A DNA stretch of 51,846 bases, filler included, from Bipalium vagum (GCA_037834085.1; 3 parts of 3 records of this genome joined end to end with filler, not necessarily neighbours in it); one strand, 5' to 3'. Positions 1-12,836 are shown, numbered from the whole stretch's first letter. The notes: generated by a model not told the origin, from the sequence alone. Program-made: numbers and translations.

Positions 1-377
1 GCATGTCGTTTGCAATATGCAGACTGTTTCTCCATTGATACAGAAAACTGTTTCTGATGTCTACTGGAAACTCTCTCCCCACCTCCGTCCAATATCGTAA
101 AAAACCAACAAACAAAAGATCAGACTGTTGTTCTTTCCTGATCCTGTCCAGCCGTCCATCCGCGAAACTCATCTGGCTAATGTATCTGGTCTTCGGCTTT
201 TCAACTTTTTCCTGTTCATGTTTTGTCTGACACTGAGAACATACGATACGAGAACATTCTGGACAATCCATCGGCATTGCTGTGGTCTTCGCCTTTCAGG
301 TATCTCAAATCAAAGTTAAATTTGGACAGATTTGCCAGCTAGGTTTGAAACTGTGGACTGATTGGATATTTTGTAGT
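1..377 (-). mobile_element. Ty3/gypsy-type LTR retrotransposon pol fragment (C-terminal end of RNase H), degraded
   Basis: The minus-strand translation ...QFQT*LANLSKFNFDLRYLKGEDHSNADGLSRM resembles the gypsy RNase H end motif (W..L..F.F.I.Y..G..H.NAD.LSR). It contains an in-frame stop and is cut at 377 by a TGTT-starting segment. Confidence 0.7.
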
Positions 378-1310
378 GTTCAGGAAATAGTAAAAAAAAT
401 AAGAAAAAATAGTAAAAATAGAAAGAAATAAAATAATAATATAAAATTGGAAAAGTAATATATAAGAAAAGTAATATATAAGTAGGAAGGAAAACTAACT
501 AAATTTAAAAATGAGTTTAAGAAACATATATAAGAAAAAGAAATTATAGGCAAGACGCACAAAACAATAGCACAAAAGCAACGCAAGATCAAACAAATAA
601 AAGCGCAAGAAATCGCAAAAGAAATCGCACAAGAAATCGCACAAAACAATCGTAAAGCGAAAAATCGTACAGAATTAACGTAACGACCGCAAGAGAGAAC
701 GCACAGACGGCAAAAGAACAATCGCATCAGAAAAGTCCAAAGGAAAATTATCGTCAACAGATAACCAGGCACATTAACAGCAGTCAACCAAGCAGGAAGC
801 AATTAATTTAATCAAGTTCAATCTGACAAGATCTGTCAGTTAATTGTTTCTCAATCCGGTAATTAAAACAAGTAATCCAATTCCCAGAGACAGTAATTGC
901 CCCGAACAGCAGGCCTATAAAAGGAGATCATATCGACATAAAAAAGAGAGAAAAGAAAGAAAAGAAAAAGAAAAAGAGAAAACGAAAAGAAAACGAAAAA
1001 GAGAAAAAAGACAGAACAGGAATTCCACCATATTCGAATTTACGGACAAAACAGATATTCATTCGTAAACGTTCAAAGTGCGAGTTTCAGCAGACATTCA
1101 GCAGTCAAACATTCGGCAGGAGAATCAATGTGCGAACCAAATTTTTATGCCCTTTTTGTTGTAAAAGTAAAAATTATTTTTTTGTTCACTTGTTATAATA
1201 TTTTATAACAAAGTAATAAATATATATTTTAATTGAATTTATATTGCGTTATTTGATTTATTTTTATTGTTTAATTCATTTATAAAAGTTAAGTACAAGT
1301 ATTGAAAACA
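378..1310 (+). mobile_element. LTR-like segment interrupting the gypsy pol fragment (right boundary uncertain)
   Basis: It starts with TGTT and is A/G-skewed, with 12-bp tandem units (GAAATCGCACAA, ~608-645), TATAAAAG near 915 and AATAAA near 1215. No TSD was found. Confidence 0.4.
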
Positions 1311-1347
1311 TTTTAGAAGTATTGGTAAAATTTAATTCCTAATAAAG

Positions 1348-1936
1348 TGTTGTAGTTATTGAAATATTTTACATTTCATCATATTCGTAATATAATATAA
1401 CTAGCTTATATCCTAAGGATCATAAGACTAGAACGATTTTAAATAATTATTATAAGCTATCATTATGCTTTTATTAACAAGCGTGTCTTGTCAGACAAGA
1501 CATAGTTTGCATTAATTAAATAAATAAATACTCAGGCCAGGACCTGAGGATCAAGTAATCTTTTTGTTCCTTTTTCTTGTGATTTTTGTCTTTTTCTGTT
1601 CGTATTTCACACGTCAAGTATGGCGGTGAAATATACTTTTATTTTTCACTGAGGACCTCTGAGCCTAAGAGCGAGAGGATTTTTATTAAACAATAATTAT
1701 AATTAATCATTTTAAAAACGAAATATATCAATCAAATTCGATATCACCTTTTGTTACTAATCGATTTACTTTATTATTTCTAAATACAAGTATTAAACCG
1801 AACTCTTTTTCTTTCAGTTAATTTAATTAAATCGAACACAACCTAAAGCAACCTTCAACCGTTAAGACCTAAGAGTTAATTAAGCTCCGATTTTAACATC
1901 TTTCCTTTTTAACATCCCAAACTTAGGATCTTAACA
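1348..1936 (-). mobile_element. Solo LTR-like element, family A (TGTTAAGATCCTAAG...ACAACA)
   Basis: It has TG...CA ends on the minus strand. The 5' end and internal blocks (TAGGTCT.AACGGTT.AAGGTTG, CCTCTCGCTCTTA) recur at 16228 and/or 34662. Confidence 0.6.
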
Positions 1937-2526
1937 ATATCTTAAAAATTTTAAAAAAAATGTGTATCATGTATCAATATTAATGTTATTAAAATTACGT
2001 CGTACCCCACGGATTTCATGCACAGCTACATTCAATGATGAAATTGTGTCTAGATTAATCTTATGTTGACTTTTGTATAGAATCTTAACTCAAAATGTGA
2101 CAGTCAAGAAAAATTAATTGGAAAATCGTTTAAAATAATGAAATGGTTTCACACATTTTAATCGGAAACCGTAGATTACCAAAAATTAAGATGTGGTTGA
2201 ATCAATTAAATTTCAATAAGCAAATAAGAAATATATGACCTGAGATTTGTATTTTTAGAGTAAATCAAATGAGCAGACTTGTGACAGGTTATTTCATTAT
2301 CGTTTAGAATATAATGAATAAGAATATAGCATGAACAGGATGCTAACTTTACATGGACTCAAGAAAGTCATTCCAATATCACAAGGTAAGAGAGAGACAT
2401 AGTTGTATACATTTTTGCTGTGTTGCTAAATAATAGAAAATAAATTGTTATGTATTTAATACAGATTTTCACCAGACAGTTTCAAATTAAGTTTTTAAAA
2501 ATCGTACGGTAAAGCAAATTAAAAAT

Positions 2527-5500
2527 TTAAAACAAGTCTTCAAAATCTAATGAATTTTCTGATGTCACATTTTCTTCGTTATCATCCATAGTGTGGTCTT
2601 CTTCACCAGCTTCTTCTATCTCTTCATTTTCATTGTAACCGGTGTCCATTTCCTTGTATTTGTCGCTTTGATTAAAATTACTTTTCACTTTCAAGCTCTC
2701 TGCCTCTTCATCTTCAGGCATGGCACAGATTTCTTCATAATCTCTTTCCAATTGACAAATTTGTTCTCTGACTTCGGTAAATTCACCTTCCTCCAAACCT
2801 TCGCCGACATACCAATGAACAAATGATCTTTTGGCAAATAAAACATCAAATTTTCGGTCAATTTCACTAAAAGCCTGAGTAATTGCCGACGAATTTGCCA
2901 ACATAGTAACACTTCTCATAGTTTGAGCCATTTCTGAACCGATTACCGAAACGGGAGGTTGACAGCTTATACTCAACTTAAATCCAGTAGGGCACCAATC
3001 CACAAATTGAATGTCTGTTCTGCGTTTAATTTCGAAAACCGCTTCATTGACATCTCTAGGATTAACGTCTCCTCGATATTGTAAGCAGCACGACATATAT
3101 CTGCCAATCGTCACATTGCACCTCACCATTTGGCAGAATGGTTCAAAAATCGCCCTTGTGATTTCTCTAGTACTGATATCCTGGTGCTCGGCTCTTGACT
3201 GAGACAAAATAGGAGCATAGTTTGATAAAGGAAAGTGAATAACGGGATATGGAACTAAATTCGTAACTAATTGAGATAAATCATTGTTCAGAGCATTTTC
3301 AAATCTTAAAGAAACTGTAACGGAACTGAAAACTTGGGCTATTAACCGATTGAGATTGTTGAATGTTGGTCGAGAAATATCAAGACTTAGACCACATATG
3401 TCATATATTGATTCGTTATCCATTAAAATAGTGACATCAGTATGATCTTTTGTCTTTTGAATTGCCATCAATGTGTTGTATGGTTCTACAACAGCTGTTG
3501 ATAATTGAGTTCCAGGGTAAATTACCACCTGAAATTTTGCTCTTTTCGCATAATCGACTGCTAACTTATTTAACAAAAGACTTGTAAAGCCGGATCCAGA
3601 ACCACCCCCATAACTATTGATAATAATAAACCCTTGGAGATTCTCACAATTATAGGCTATTTTTCTTATTCTTTCCATTGTTTGATCAATCATAGTTTTA
3701 CCAATTGTATAATATCCTCTAGCAAAATTGTTTGCAGCATCTTCAGATCCTGATATTAATTGATCAGGATGAAATAAATTTCTATATGGTCCAATTCTGA
3801 CTTCGTCTGAACAAGTAAAATTATTTAATCACATGTATTCGGGACATTCGAAATAAATCGGTAATATTTTCTTATTTTTATTAAACGTCTTATTTTTGTG
3901 AAGTCTCTTTTACCTTAATTTGTTTAGCAAAGCTACTTTTGTTGTGGAGAAAGAAGTTTTAGAATTTTAAAATACGAAAGAAGAACACTAATGTTACAAT
4001 CGTTCCACGTTGAGAAAATACCAAAATAAGTCATTGATTGGTTAGGTTATAGCAAGATAACAATTTCGACATTTAATAATTAAATAATTAAAAATAAAAA
4101 ATTTATAAATTTACAACATCGCTAAAACAAATCTGACATGAAACATTATGACTTTAACATTTAATAAATTATATTCTGTGAATGTTACTGTTTTTACTCA
4201 TGGATAGAAATTATTCACAGTAAATATCAAATTTGACATAAATGTGGACTTTTTGGATTTTGTTTGCTATTTTAAATTAATTTTTTTATTGTTTATGATA
4301 ATTATTTATTTCACCTATTTCTTTATCATTTATTACCTTTTAAATGACTAATATATTTTTATCATTTTTTTTACTTTAGAATTTGAAAGTCGTCATTAAA
4401 ACTTAGTTTATTTAATAGGTCAGCTAACCTCAGCAAATAATGCAGTTGCCGCTAAGATCAACGATCTAAAAAGGAATTTAAAAGGTTTGTATTTATCGAT
4501 GCTATCCTATTATAAATATTAGTAATAGTAATCATTATTAAAATATTGTATTTTATATGATGCCAACCACTGATATTATTAAATACTGGAGTTCGAAATT
4601 CCAGACAATGTTCTTTTTACAGTAAATTTTTATTAATTAGTAGCTCATGTTAATTTTGTGTTGTATTTTTTCTTAGGCACGTACAAAAGTAGAACAAGAA
4701 TTCCATGATCTAACCAGAAAAATTCAGTTATGATCAGAAGATACAATGTCAATAGTCCATTCAAATGAAGATTTTTCTAAAATGCAACACAACCTCTACC
4801 ATTTTGATTTTCAATCTTAATCATATAAGATTAGCACAATTTAATGAGTGCTGTAGACACAAATCAGGCTGAACGCGCTTATTCAAGAGTACCTATTAAC
4901 TTATATTAAGGAGTTTCACAACTTCGATCTTTCCATCAATCAGCTTTAGAGTCACTTATTTAAATCATCACCATCGATATGGTCAGTTGGGGTACTGTCT
5001 TTTTTTAAAAGTCTTCTCTTAGGTATATTTCTCAAATAAGTCGATTCATAATATATATTATAAGTAGTCATTTTGTGAAATTTTAAAAGGCTCAGCTTAC
5101 CAGGAATTGAAGATTCCTTTGAAAACATGAAAAATAATCTTAACCTTTATAAAAATATAAAAACAAAATCAGTTAATAGATAATTAAATATTAAAAATTA
5201 TTTATTAATTTTTAATTACATAATTCATTCAAAAAGTTTCTGGACAAGCCTAAAAAACCTGCTAATTTTTAAAATTTGTATATCATTTAATACTACCAGT
5301 GTGTGAGAGTTACTATTCATTCGTGTGTGTTGATGTATCACATAGTGGTAATATACAACATAGATTTGACTACTTTACTGTAGAGAAGTACTGACTCATA
5401 ATACTGTTGGGTTACCCAAGACACCCACCCGCCAAGATTAGATCAAGGTTCACAAGGAGGGACCGATTTTTGATTAATGATTCAAAAAGGGAATTGACTT

Positions 5501-6935
5501 TCCCTATTTAAAAAACTGGTCTACGACTGATTAGACGTCTGACCAGAACAGTATAAAAGGAGAAGGATTTATCCATAATTTTGCCCGCAATCACGAGAGT
5601 AAATATCTGTAAAATTTTGAAGAAACTCATAACAGTTGATATTCGTTAATATTCGCAAGACTTGCGATAATTCTAAAGAAATGTTCCAATTATGTTATTT
5701 TGCTTGGGATTGTATTTAAGTTCCCCACCAGAGGATTATCTCTGAGCAACTGTGAAGGCCCAGCTGATAGATCGGGAAGCTTGAACGAAGATAAGCCGTA
5801 AAATTATTTTGTTTTGTTTTTCTTTTGACATTATTGATTCTTTATTATTATTAACTATCGCTTATTTTATTTTAAGTAATTTTTTGATTTATTGATTATT
5901 TTACTTTGATTTTTTTAATTAACATTCGGTTTGATTGATTCGACTGACTATTATTTAAGTCATTTGAAACATTTTATACAACGTTTTGATCCCTCTATTG
6001 AGTTTGACGATTTTTTTGTTATTGTTATCACTGTGATTTCGTGTGAGTTATTGTGATATAAATACAAATTATTGCTTTACTGATTGTTGTTATTTTGCAC
6101 CACCTAAGAGTTGGAGTCAGGTTTAGATTTGATATTCTAAATATTGAATAATACTATATGGTAAGACTTAGGTGCCACGAATTGTCACATCAAAGATGAA
6201 GCTAATATTTATAGTACTTCAGTTACTAAATACTCAGGATTAGAAAATAAAACACAAGCTAGGAAAAAAAACGTCGAAAAAACAAAAATAAAACTGAAAA
6301 CTTTTTGAAAGCGGCAACCTTCCTTTAATCGATTTAACTGACTTATTGTGTGGATTATTAATAAATCCACATATCTATAATAAATAATAATAATAATAAT
6401 CTTCACATCTATTCACAGTGATGAAAATTAAATTTCAATAAATAATAAAAGTTAATAAATATGAATTAAAGTATTTTAAAAAACTAATAATATTAAAATA
6501 TTAAATTCATAAATATATAGGACAATGTATCAATTTGTTTTGTTAATTTACAATTTTATTTGTTAATAATTATCTAATTTTATTTTATTCACTCATTTTT
6601 TAACAAAGATTTATAATGATAATTTTAAACTCAAAATATACCTAGAACAGTGGGTTCAAGGTCAATAGAGACACATCTTGGAACATACTGATAACCTCTA
6701 ACTTCTTCAAAAAATGTTCCAAATCCATATTCATTGAGACCCTCTAAATTTTCATTTAGTGTACCACAAGCTTGAATACCATGTTCGATACAAAATAATT
6801 CCCAAGTTGCATTTGAAAGTTGAACTCCGGCTTGACCAACATTCAGACATATTATTTCTCGCTGTATTAGAATTTATTTTTGGTAAATTTCAAGTAAAAA
6901 ATATCCTAACTCACATAAATTGATGAATCAGACAT
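2527..6935 (-). CDS. TUBA: Divergent alpha-tubulin, 3 exons (6935-6915, 6861-6642, 3806-2527), ~506 aa
   Basis: The spliced translation reads MSDSSIY|REIICLNVGQAGVQLSNATWELFCIEHGI...IDLEPTVL|DEVRIGPYRNLFHPDQLISGSEDAANNFARG...GGGSGSG...IQFVDWCPTGFK...FVHWYVGEGLEEGEF. The GT-AG introns are 53 and 2835 nt. An alternative one-codon exon 1 (ATG 6975-6973, donor GTAACC) is also in phase. Confidence 0.93.
4419..5150 (+). pseudogene. Possible decayed tropomyosin-like/coiled-coil exons nested antisense in tubulin intron 2
   Basis: Segments with AG/GT borders read QLTSANNAVAAKINDLKRNLK (4419-4484) and ARTKVEQEFHDLTRKIQL* (from 4677). Further fragments QAERAYSRV and IEDSFENMKNNL follow, in the same order as tropomyosin motifs. 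Confidence 0.3.
5405..6190 (+). mobile_element. Solo LTR-like element in tubulin intron 2 (related to family B; right end approximate)
   Basis: The start TGTTGGGTTACCCAAGACAC resembles the starts at 12766(-) and 38754(+). It has TATAAAAG near 5552 and a T-rich 3' part, and shares block 5430-5532 with 13190-13295(-). Confidence 0.55.
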
Positions 6936-7127
6936 TCTTTAAGAAACAAAGTGTACTAAATTAAATGGTTACCATTTATATTAATCAAATGTAATGATTA
7001 TTTATTTATTTTTAATAAATCAATCTTTCAGTTAATTGAAATATTTCAATTAATTTTTAATCAAATCTTGCACTAATTTTTATATACTTTAAATTCACAC
7101 TGACCATTTTTAAATTTAGAACTTGTA

Positions 7128-8421
7128 TAGTATAACATAAATTCTTGTGAATTTAAAAAACTAATAATTAGTTAATTAATTAATAAACTATAGTAAGTAT
7201 AATAAAAACCAGAACAAGAGTGATTAAAAAAGATATATTTATTCAAAATGTGTTGCCATATCTTTCTAGTACTGAATTTACGCAATTGGTTAGAAATATT
7301 TGCGGTATATTACTGTAATGTTCTTCGATTGCGTTTTTCAGTTCTCATACGGATTGAAAATTTTTGGCATTAACTTTGTTTGATATATGGCCAAAGTCCG
7401 TAATCTACTGGAGTAAAATCTGGATAATAACTTAGTCAAGCAATGGGAATCCTCAATTGATTACACGACTTTCTCAAATTTTTTTTGGAAAGAAACTTTT
7501 GTGATGTTAATGCTGTATGAGGTTCTTGTTGAAAAATACAAATAAAACAAATTTTTACAAATATATACAAATTTTTTTTAGCTTTTAACTCGGAATGATA
7601 TGAGTTTTTATCAGACCCTTAAAACTTTCATCAGTAAAATTTTCGTTAAAAAGAAAGGTGCGATTTTGAAATTTGAAGAGAATCCTGGCCACAGCATAAC
7701 TTTTTTAGGAAATTATTTATAAGAACTTCTAGTTGAAGGTTGAAGTACTCTTCGTGCTGGAGACCAAATCCTATCTGCCTGCTTATTAAGATGAACATTC
7801 AGGTCGAAGGAAGACTCATCAGTGAAAAGAATTCTGTCCAAGAAATCCGTGTATGTTTCAATTTTCTCCAGAAATTTTTCACAGAATTTAAGTCTTTGAT
7901 GAAGTGTAGAAGATGGAACAAAATGTTCATATCTTTTCTGAAACGAAATGAATTTAATTTATTTTTAGAACTCGCTATACAGTTGATTTTGAGATACATG
8001 TACTCAGTGAACGTACAGACGTTATTGGTTTTAATTCTTCGAATAGCATAAATGTTGCATTAAATTTCTTTTCTACTTGGTGGGCTTGTTCCCAACAAAG
8101 ATCCTGTTCTTAAAAACTTGCTAATCAAATATTCTATTGAAGAGTAAGGAATACTTCTTTCCTCTCTATATATTTGTTGTAATGATAATCACGTCGTGTC
8201 TGCATAAAAAACTCACCATGTAAATAATAAAATTTTATGATTAAAAGCTTATCCTCCAATGACAAATCCATTTATAATTCGTGTTGTCATCTAAAACAAA
8301 GTAGTCTGATAAAAAAATACCCTACATTATATACATTTAAAATCTAAAATATCTGTTCAAAAAATATAATTTGAATAAATTATTGAGTTTTTAATTTCAT
8401 AAATATTTATGGGAAATACTA
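7128..8421 (-). mobile_element. Tc1/mariner-superfamily DNA transposon (rosa/maT-like), near full length, transposase pseudogenised
   Basis: It has imperfect ~40-bp TIRs (TAGTATAACATAAATTCTTGTGAATTTAAAAAACTAATAATT versus the reverse complement of 8378-8421) flanked by TA. The minus-strand motifs ILFTDESSFDLN, KVMLWPG, FQQEPH and PDFTPVDYGLW are broken by frameshifts. Confidence 0.8.
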
Positions 8422-9016
8422 TATTATATCATTTAAATCATTTAATATATAACTAATTATTTATTTTTAATAATCATTTTACTAGAAAAACCTTATGAAA
8501 ATATAAACATTCTATAAATTTTTAAAAAAATATTTTATTTCATATTATAAATAATGATTCAAATAAAAGTTTAGAATTATTAGGTTTAAATAAAGAGTTT
8601 AATATAAAATTTTTTTTACATAACTGGAGATAATAAATATAAATAGATAATAAATATAAAAATGCAACTTTATAGCGATTAGAATTTTTCTTTTTTAAAG
8701 ATTAAAATAATCATGAAAAGATAACAATAAACATAGTGACAAAATAAAAAGGTTTAATTTTCGAAATGACTATGAAAAAAAGTTTCAGATATTTATTTAT
8801 ACATAATTTTAAAGATGATTAACAAAGTAAAAAATGAATCTGACAACAATATTGACGAATATTTGTTAAAATACATATTAACTTGTTTACATTTTAATAT
8901 ATTTAATATTTAACATTTTGAACTTATTTAAATATCATTTTGAAGCGTTAAATCTGGAGAATCAATATATAATATTTGCTTTAAAAAGTGAATAATTTAA
9001 AATAATTTTAGACGGC

Positions 9017-9510
9017 ATGGGATTGATATTATAAAATACGGAAATGCGAACAATTTTTTATACGGATGGAAATTAATGCATAATGCATCAGAAGCTGTCG
9101 AAACATCAATTTCGCATTTGGAGAGGGATCAGCTAATGAAAGGACCATTCGGATGTGGTTCAAAAAATTTCAAAATGGTGATCTGACCCGGGTAATTGAA
9201 GAGAGGTGTCGTCATTAGCAACGACGATTTACGAAAACAGATGAAGCTAAATACCAAGCAATCAGTTCGAGAACTAGAAAAAACGTTAGCCGTTAGTTGT
9301 CAGACCATTTCCCGAAATTTGAAAGACATTGGATTGAAAAATAGATGGATCAATGGGCTTCTCATTTATTGAGTAGTTCTCAAAAATCACAGAGATTGAA
9401 AATTTGCCAGATACTGCTGGGCTGAAATGAAAAAGACCCATTTTTAAATCACATAGTCACGTGTGATGAAAAAAGGGTTATTCATTACAATCGTAGACGT
9501 CCGACCAAGC
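9017..9510 (+). mobile_element. Mariner transposase 5' remnant
   Basis: Frameshifted motifs AFGEGSANERTIRMWFKKFQNGD and FLNHIVTCDEK correspond to the HTH and first catalytic D of mariner. Confidence 0.8.
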
Positions 9511-10086
9511 TCCAATTTCTTATTTATAATGTTAAATTAATTTTTTATGTTAAAAAATATTTTATTACCTTAATCTTAAATAAATAAATAAGATAAATAT
9601 CGAAAAACAATTAAAATATTTCATTTAGACTAAAATTAACATTTTCCAAAACCAATCGACTATCTAATTTTTTTTATAATTTAGGAATTTCTTCCAACTA
9701 TTCACCAGGTTTGCAGGTTCACTTTACCAATACCTTTTGAAATTAAAAAACCTATATTTTGGAAATTACTTTATTATTTACCGCAAGATTTTGAAGAGAG
9801 AAATGAGATAATAAGGAATATTTTGAAATTACACTGTTACAGTTAATTAAATTATTTTAACTCTGAAAAGAAATGAAAACAAAATTTTAAAAATGGCAGT
9901 AAGCAAATTATATATCATAATAAAAAATTAAACATTAATAATTATCAAATTTTTTTAAAGTAATGAGTGATTTTTTTATGAAAATTAAATGATAGTGTAT
10001 TTTACTGAAACTTAGTAAAATAAACTTTGATTTAAGTTGCTTGTTTAAATAATAATAATTATACAATTATTTTAAAAAATTATTTT

Positions 10087-10643
10087 ATGGGTAGCGATAG
10101 ATCCAGAAGTGGCAAACGTAATAAATTATAAGTTATTTCTCTTTTATGAATTGTATTTATAAGGTAGACATTCAAGATCTCGTTCAAGAGATAGAAACCG
10201 TGATAAGAAACGCGATAGAGATCGTGATAGAGATAAAAGGAAAGATAGGCGTAAGTCCACGTCAAGAACAAGAAGGAGGCGGTCCCGTGAACGCTTACCA
10301 GATGGTCGCTTAAAAAACTATGTCAGAAGATCCTCTTCAAGTTCTTCCTCAATTGAAAAAGAAAAGAAAGTCGTAGCTGAGAGGAAAAACGAGATGAACG
10401 GTAATTAATTTATTTTCCTAATTTTATTTAGATCTGGGATATTTAGAGAAATCTTTGGAAGGTAAATCCGCCGAAGAAATCGAAATGTTTAAAATTATGG
10501 GTTTTGGGTCATTTGATTCAACAAAAGGAAAACATGTGGATGGAAATGATATTTATGTAGCTGATATACAAAAACGGCGCAAATATCGTCAGTACATGAA
10601 CAGAAGAGGTGGTTTCAATAGGCCTCTTGATCGTGTTGATTAA
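10087..10643 (+). CDS. SNRNP27: U4/U6.U5 tri-snRNP 27 kDa protein, 3 exons (10087-10117, 10164-10400, 10432-10643), 159 aa
   Basis: It has an RS/RD-rich N-terminus and the conserved C-terminus [24 protein letters not shown]...[23 protein letters not shown] introns of 46 and 31 nt restore the frame. Confidence 0.95.
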
Positions 10644-11866
10644 AAAAGTTACTCGACCTTTGTATATAATTCTTTTTATGTATTCAATCATGAATTAAAT
10701 ACATTTTAAATCTTATTCGAGGTAGAAATGGTTTTGAATCCCTTTTTTAAAGGATGAAATTATTAAATTTCATCAAGAATTTATTCTGCAATTATAGGAT
10801 TTAATTTGAATCAAGAAATTATAAAGATTTCTGCGAAAATAACATCGAATAGTCAATATAAAGAATTGACATTAATTGGTCTTTATGATTGATTTCAATT
10901 TTAGTTGAGCATTTTGTTTCCTATTTTTAACCTACAATTAAGTGACATAAGGATATTTCGGAAGAGTTAGCAGACCTTAAAAATCTTGTGATTAATTAAT
11001 CAAGTCTTAAGCTTGATTTAGATGTCTTAGGTAATTATTTAAAATTAATATTGTTTCATAATAAAAAATACCGACAGTAACATCGTGGATAATGTGAAAA
11101 AAAATATTAAATCCAAAGCATCATTTGATTAATAATTTCTAAATTTTATAAAGTTCTAGTTAACAAAATATTGTAAATAAATATCGAAAAAATTAAGGTT
11201 CCAATTTTGAAACGAGAATTTTCAAAAGGGAGTTATTCTGAAAATTAAATCATTGTCAGGTTTTCCGAAATATTTAATCCTCTCAAAATATTTTAAATTG
11301 TAAGTATTGCTATCAACAGTACTATTATAGCGCGGTTAAATATCATCTTTTCAATTATACTGATGTCTTTGTCGCTATTTTTGATATATTAAATATGAGC
11401 ATAACTTCTTTTAAATTTGCAAAAGAATATGTTAAGGATACATAAATAAAATTATATTAAAAATCAAAATTTGGTGTAATCTGCATAGGCTGTTTTTAAA
11501 TTAAATAAACATTGCTTATTTTTTATTCTTCATTGAAATATACTTTAAAATTTTTCTTGTATATTCAAGATTTTCTGATACATTTTGAGCACCCCTAAAT
11601 TTTATTCAACATTTCTTTGATTTTAAACCGGCTTTTTTCATTCCGCATCAGTGATTTCTATTAACATAACAGAGACGAATAGAGAAAAAATATCGAAACA
11701 ACGAAATTAACTCGTTATTATCATACTTTATAGATGAGATAATTTATTCATTTTTTCTACTGAGAATATTTTAAAATGAAAAAAATGGTTTTATATTATT
11801 CATATTGCTATTTTACTTAACTGAAACTTTTGCTCGAAATCGGTAACTCCTCACTATTAAATGCAA

Positions 11867-12766
11867 TGTTCGTTTTATTATTACCGTCACAAATTTAAAT
11901 TGAATCAAAACTTCCACAATAATAATAAAACTTCCACAATTGAATAAAACCTTATGTATTCCCACCCAAAATTGAATCAAAACAATCACAGTAAAACTTT
12001 ATTAAAGTGCAAAACTGAATCGTTTACATGAATCACAAAAATTATAATCAATACTAATCAAAAAGTAAAACCTGATCCAGTGTCCGAAAAATCAACTCTC
12101 TTTAATGAATGAATTTTAATAATTTATGATTAAGAACAATATTTATTATAAATATAATGAAGTTCAAAAGAATATTAAAAATTAAGAACAAAAATAAAAA
12201 TAAATCAAGAGTGTCCTCACCCGGAGAGACAATGGATCCCCGGGTCATCCTCTACGTCCTTCTCATGACACCTATAGATTCTCAAGTACGCTGGGTCCCA
12301 TTGTTAAATCCTTTTGCATTGTCATCATACATGGACATAAATGAAATTACTGAAATAAATGGTAATGTTTTTCCAACGGCTTCTGACAAAAAAAACTTCC
12401 CTGAAACTATAATAATAATCTTCACGCCATCTAACCTCTTCTCTCTTGCAAACTGTAATGGTAACCTTTTCGTCTATGAGCAGTTTTCCAAAAACAACAA
12501 TGAACAATAATTATTTCGACTTTTTTCCTGATGGCTTTCTGGAAATAGTTGTTATTTCTTTATATAGTCGTAGAGATTTGTCTACGATCACCAATCTCTA
12601 CGCTTTAATACTAGCATATATTAACATTTTAACGGCGAGATTCTGATATATTATTTTTGGTAATATTTCAATAAGAGTTTATATTGTTAATTAATATTAT
12701 TATTAGCAATTCTATATTATTATTAATCCCAATTTTCTATGGTTTGTGCCTTTGGCAAACCCAACA
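11867..12766 (-). mobile_element. Solo LTR-like element, family B
   Basis: The minus strand starts TGTTGGGTTTGCCAAAGGCAC and ends AACA. Internal blocks GGACCCAG...AATCTATAGG and ACCCGGGATCCATTG...GTGAGG match 39118-39200, and 20-bp tandem units lie at ~11900-11990. Confidence 0.6.
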
Positions 12767-12836
12767 TTCGAATGAAGCCAGATTATTTTTAGTAACAATT
12801 TTTCAAAGTCACATTTTCTTTATTTTAGATCACTTC

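Noticed and set aside
380-1068. ORFs 380-802(-) and 844-1068(+)
   Set aside because: They are low-complexity products of A/G-skewed LTR-like DNA with no protein family signal.
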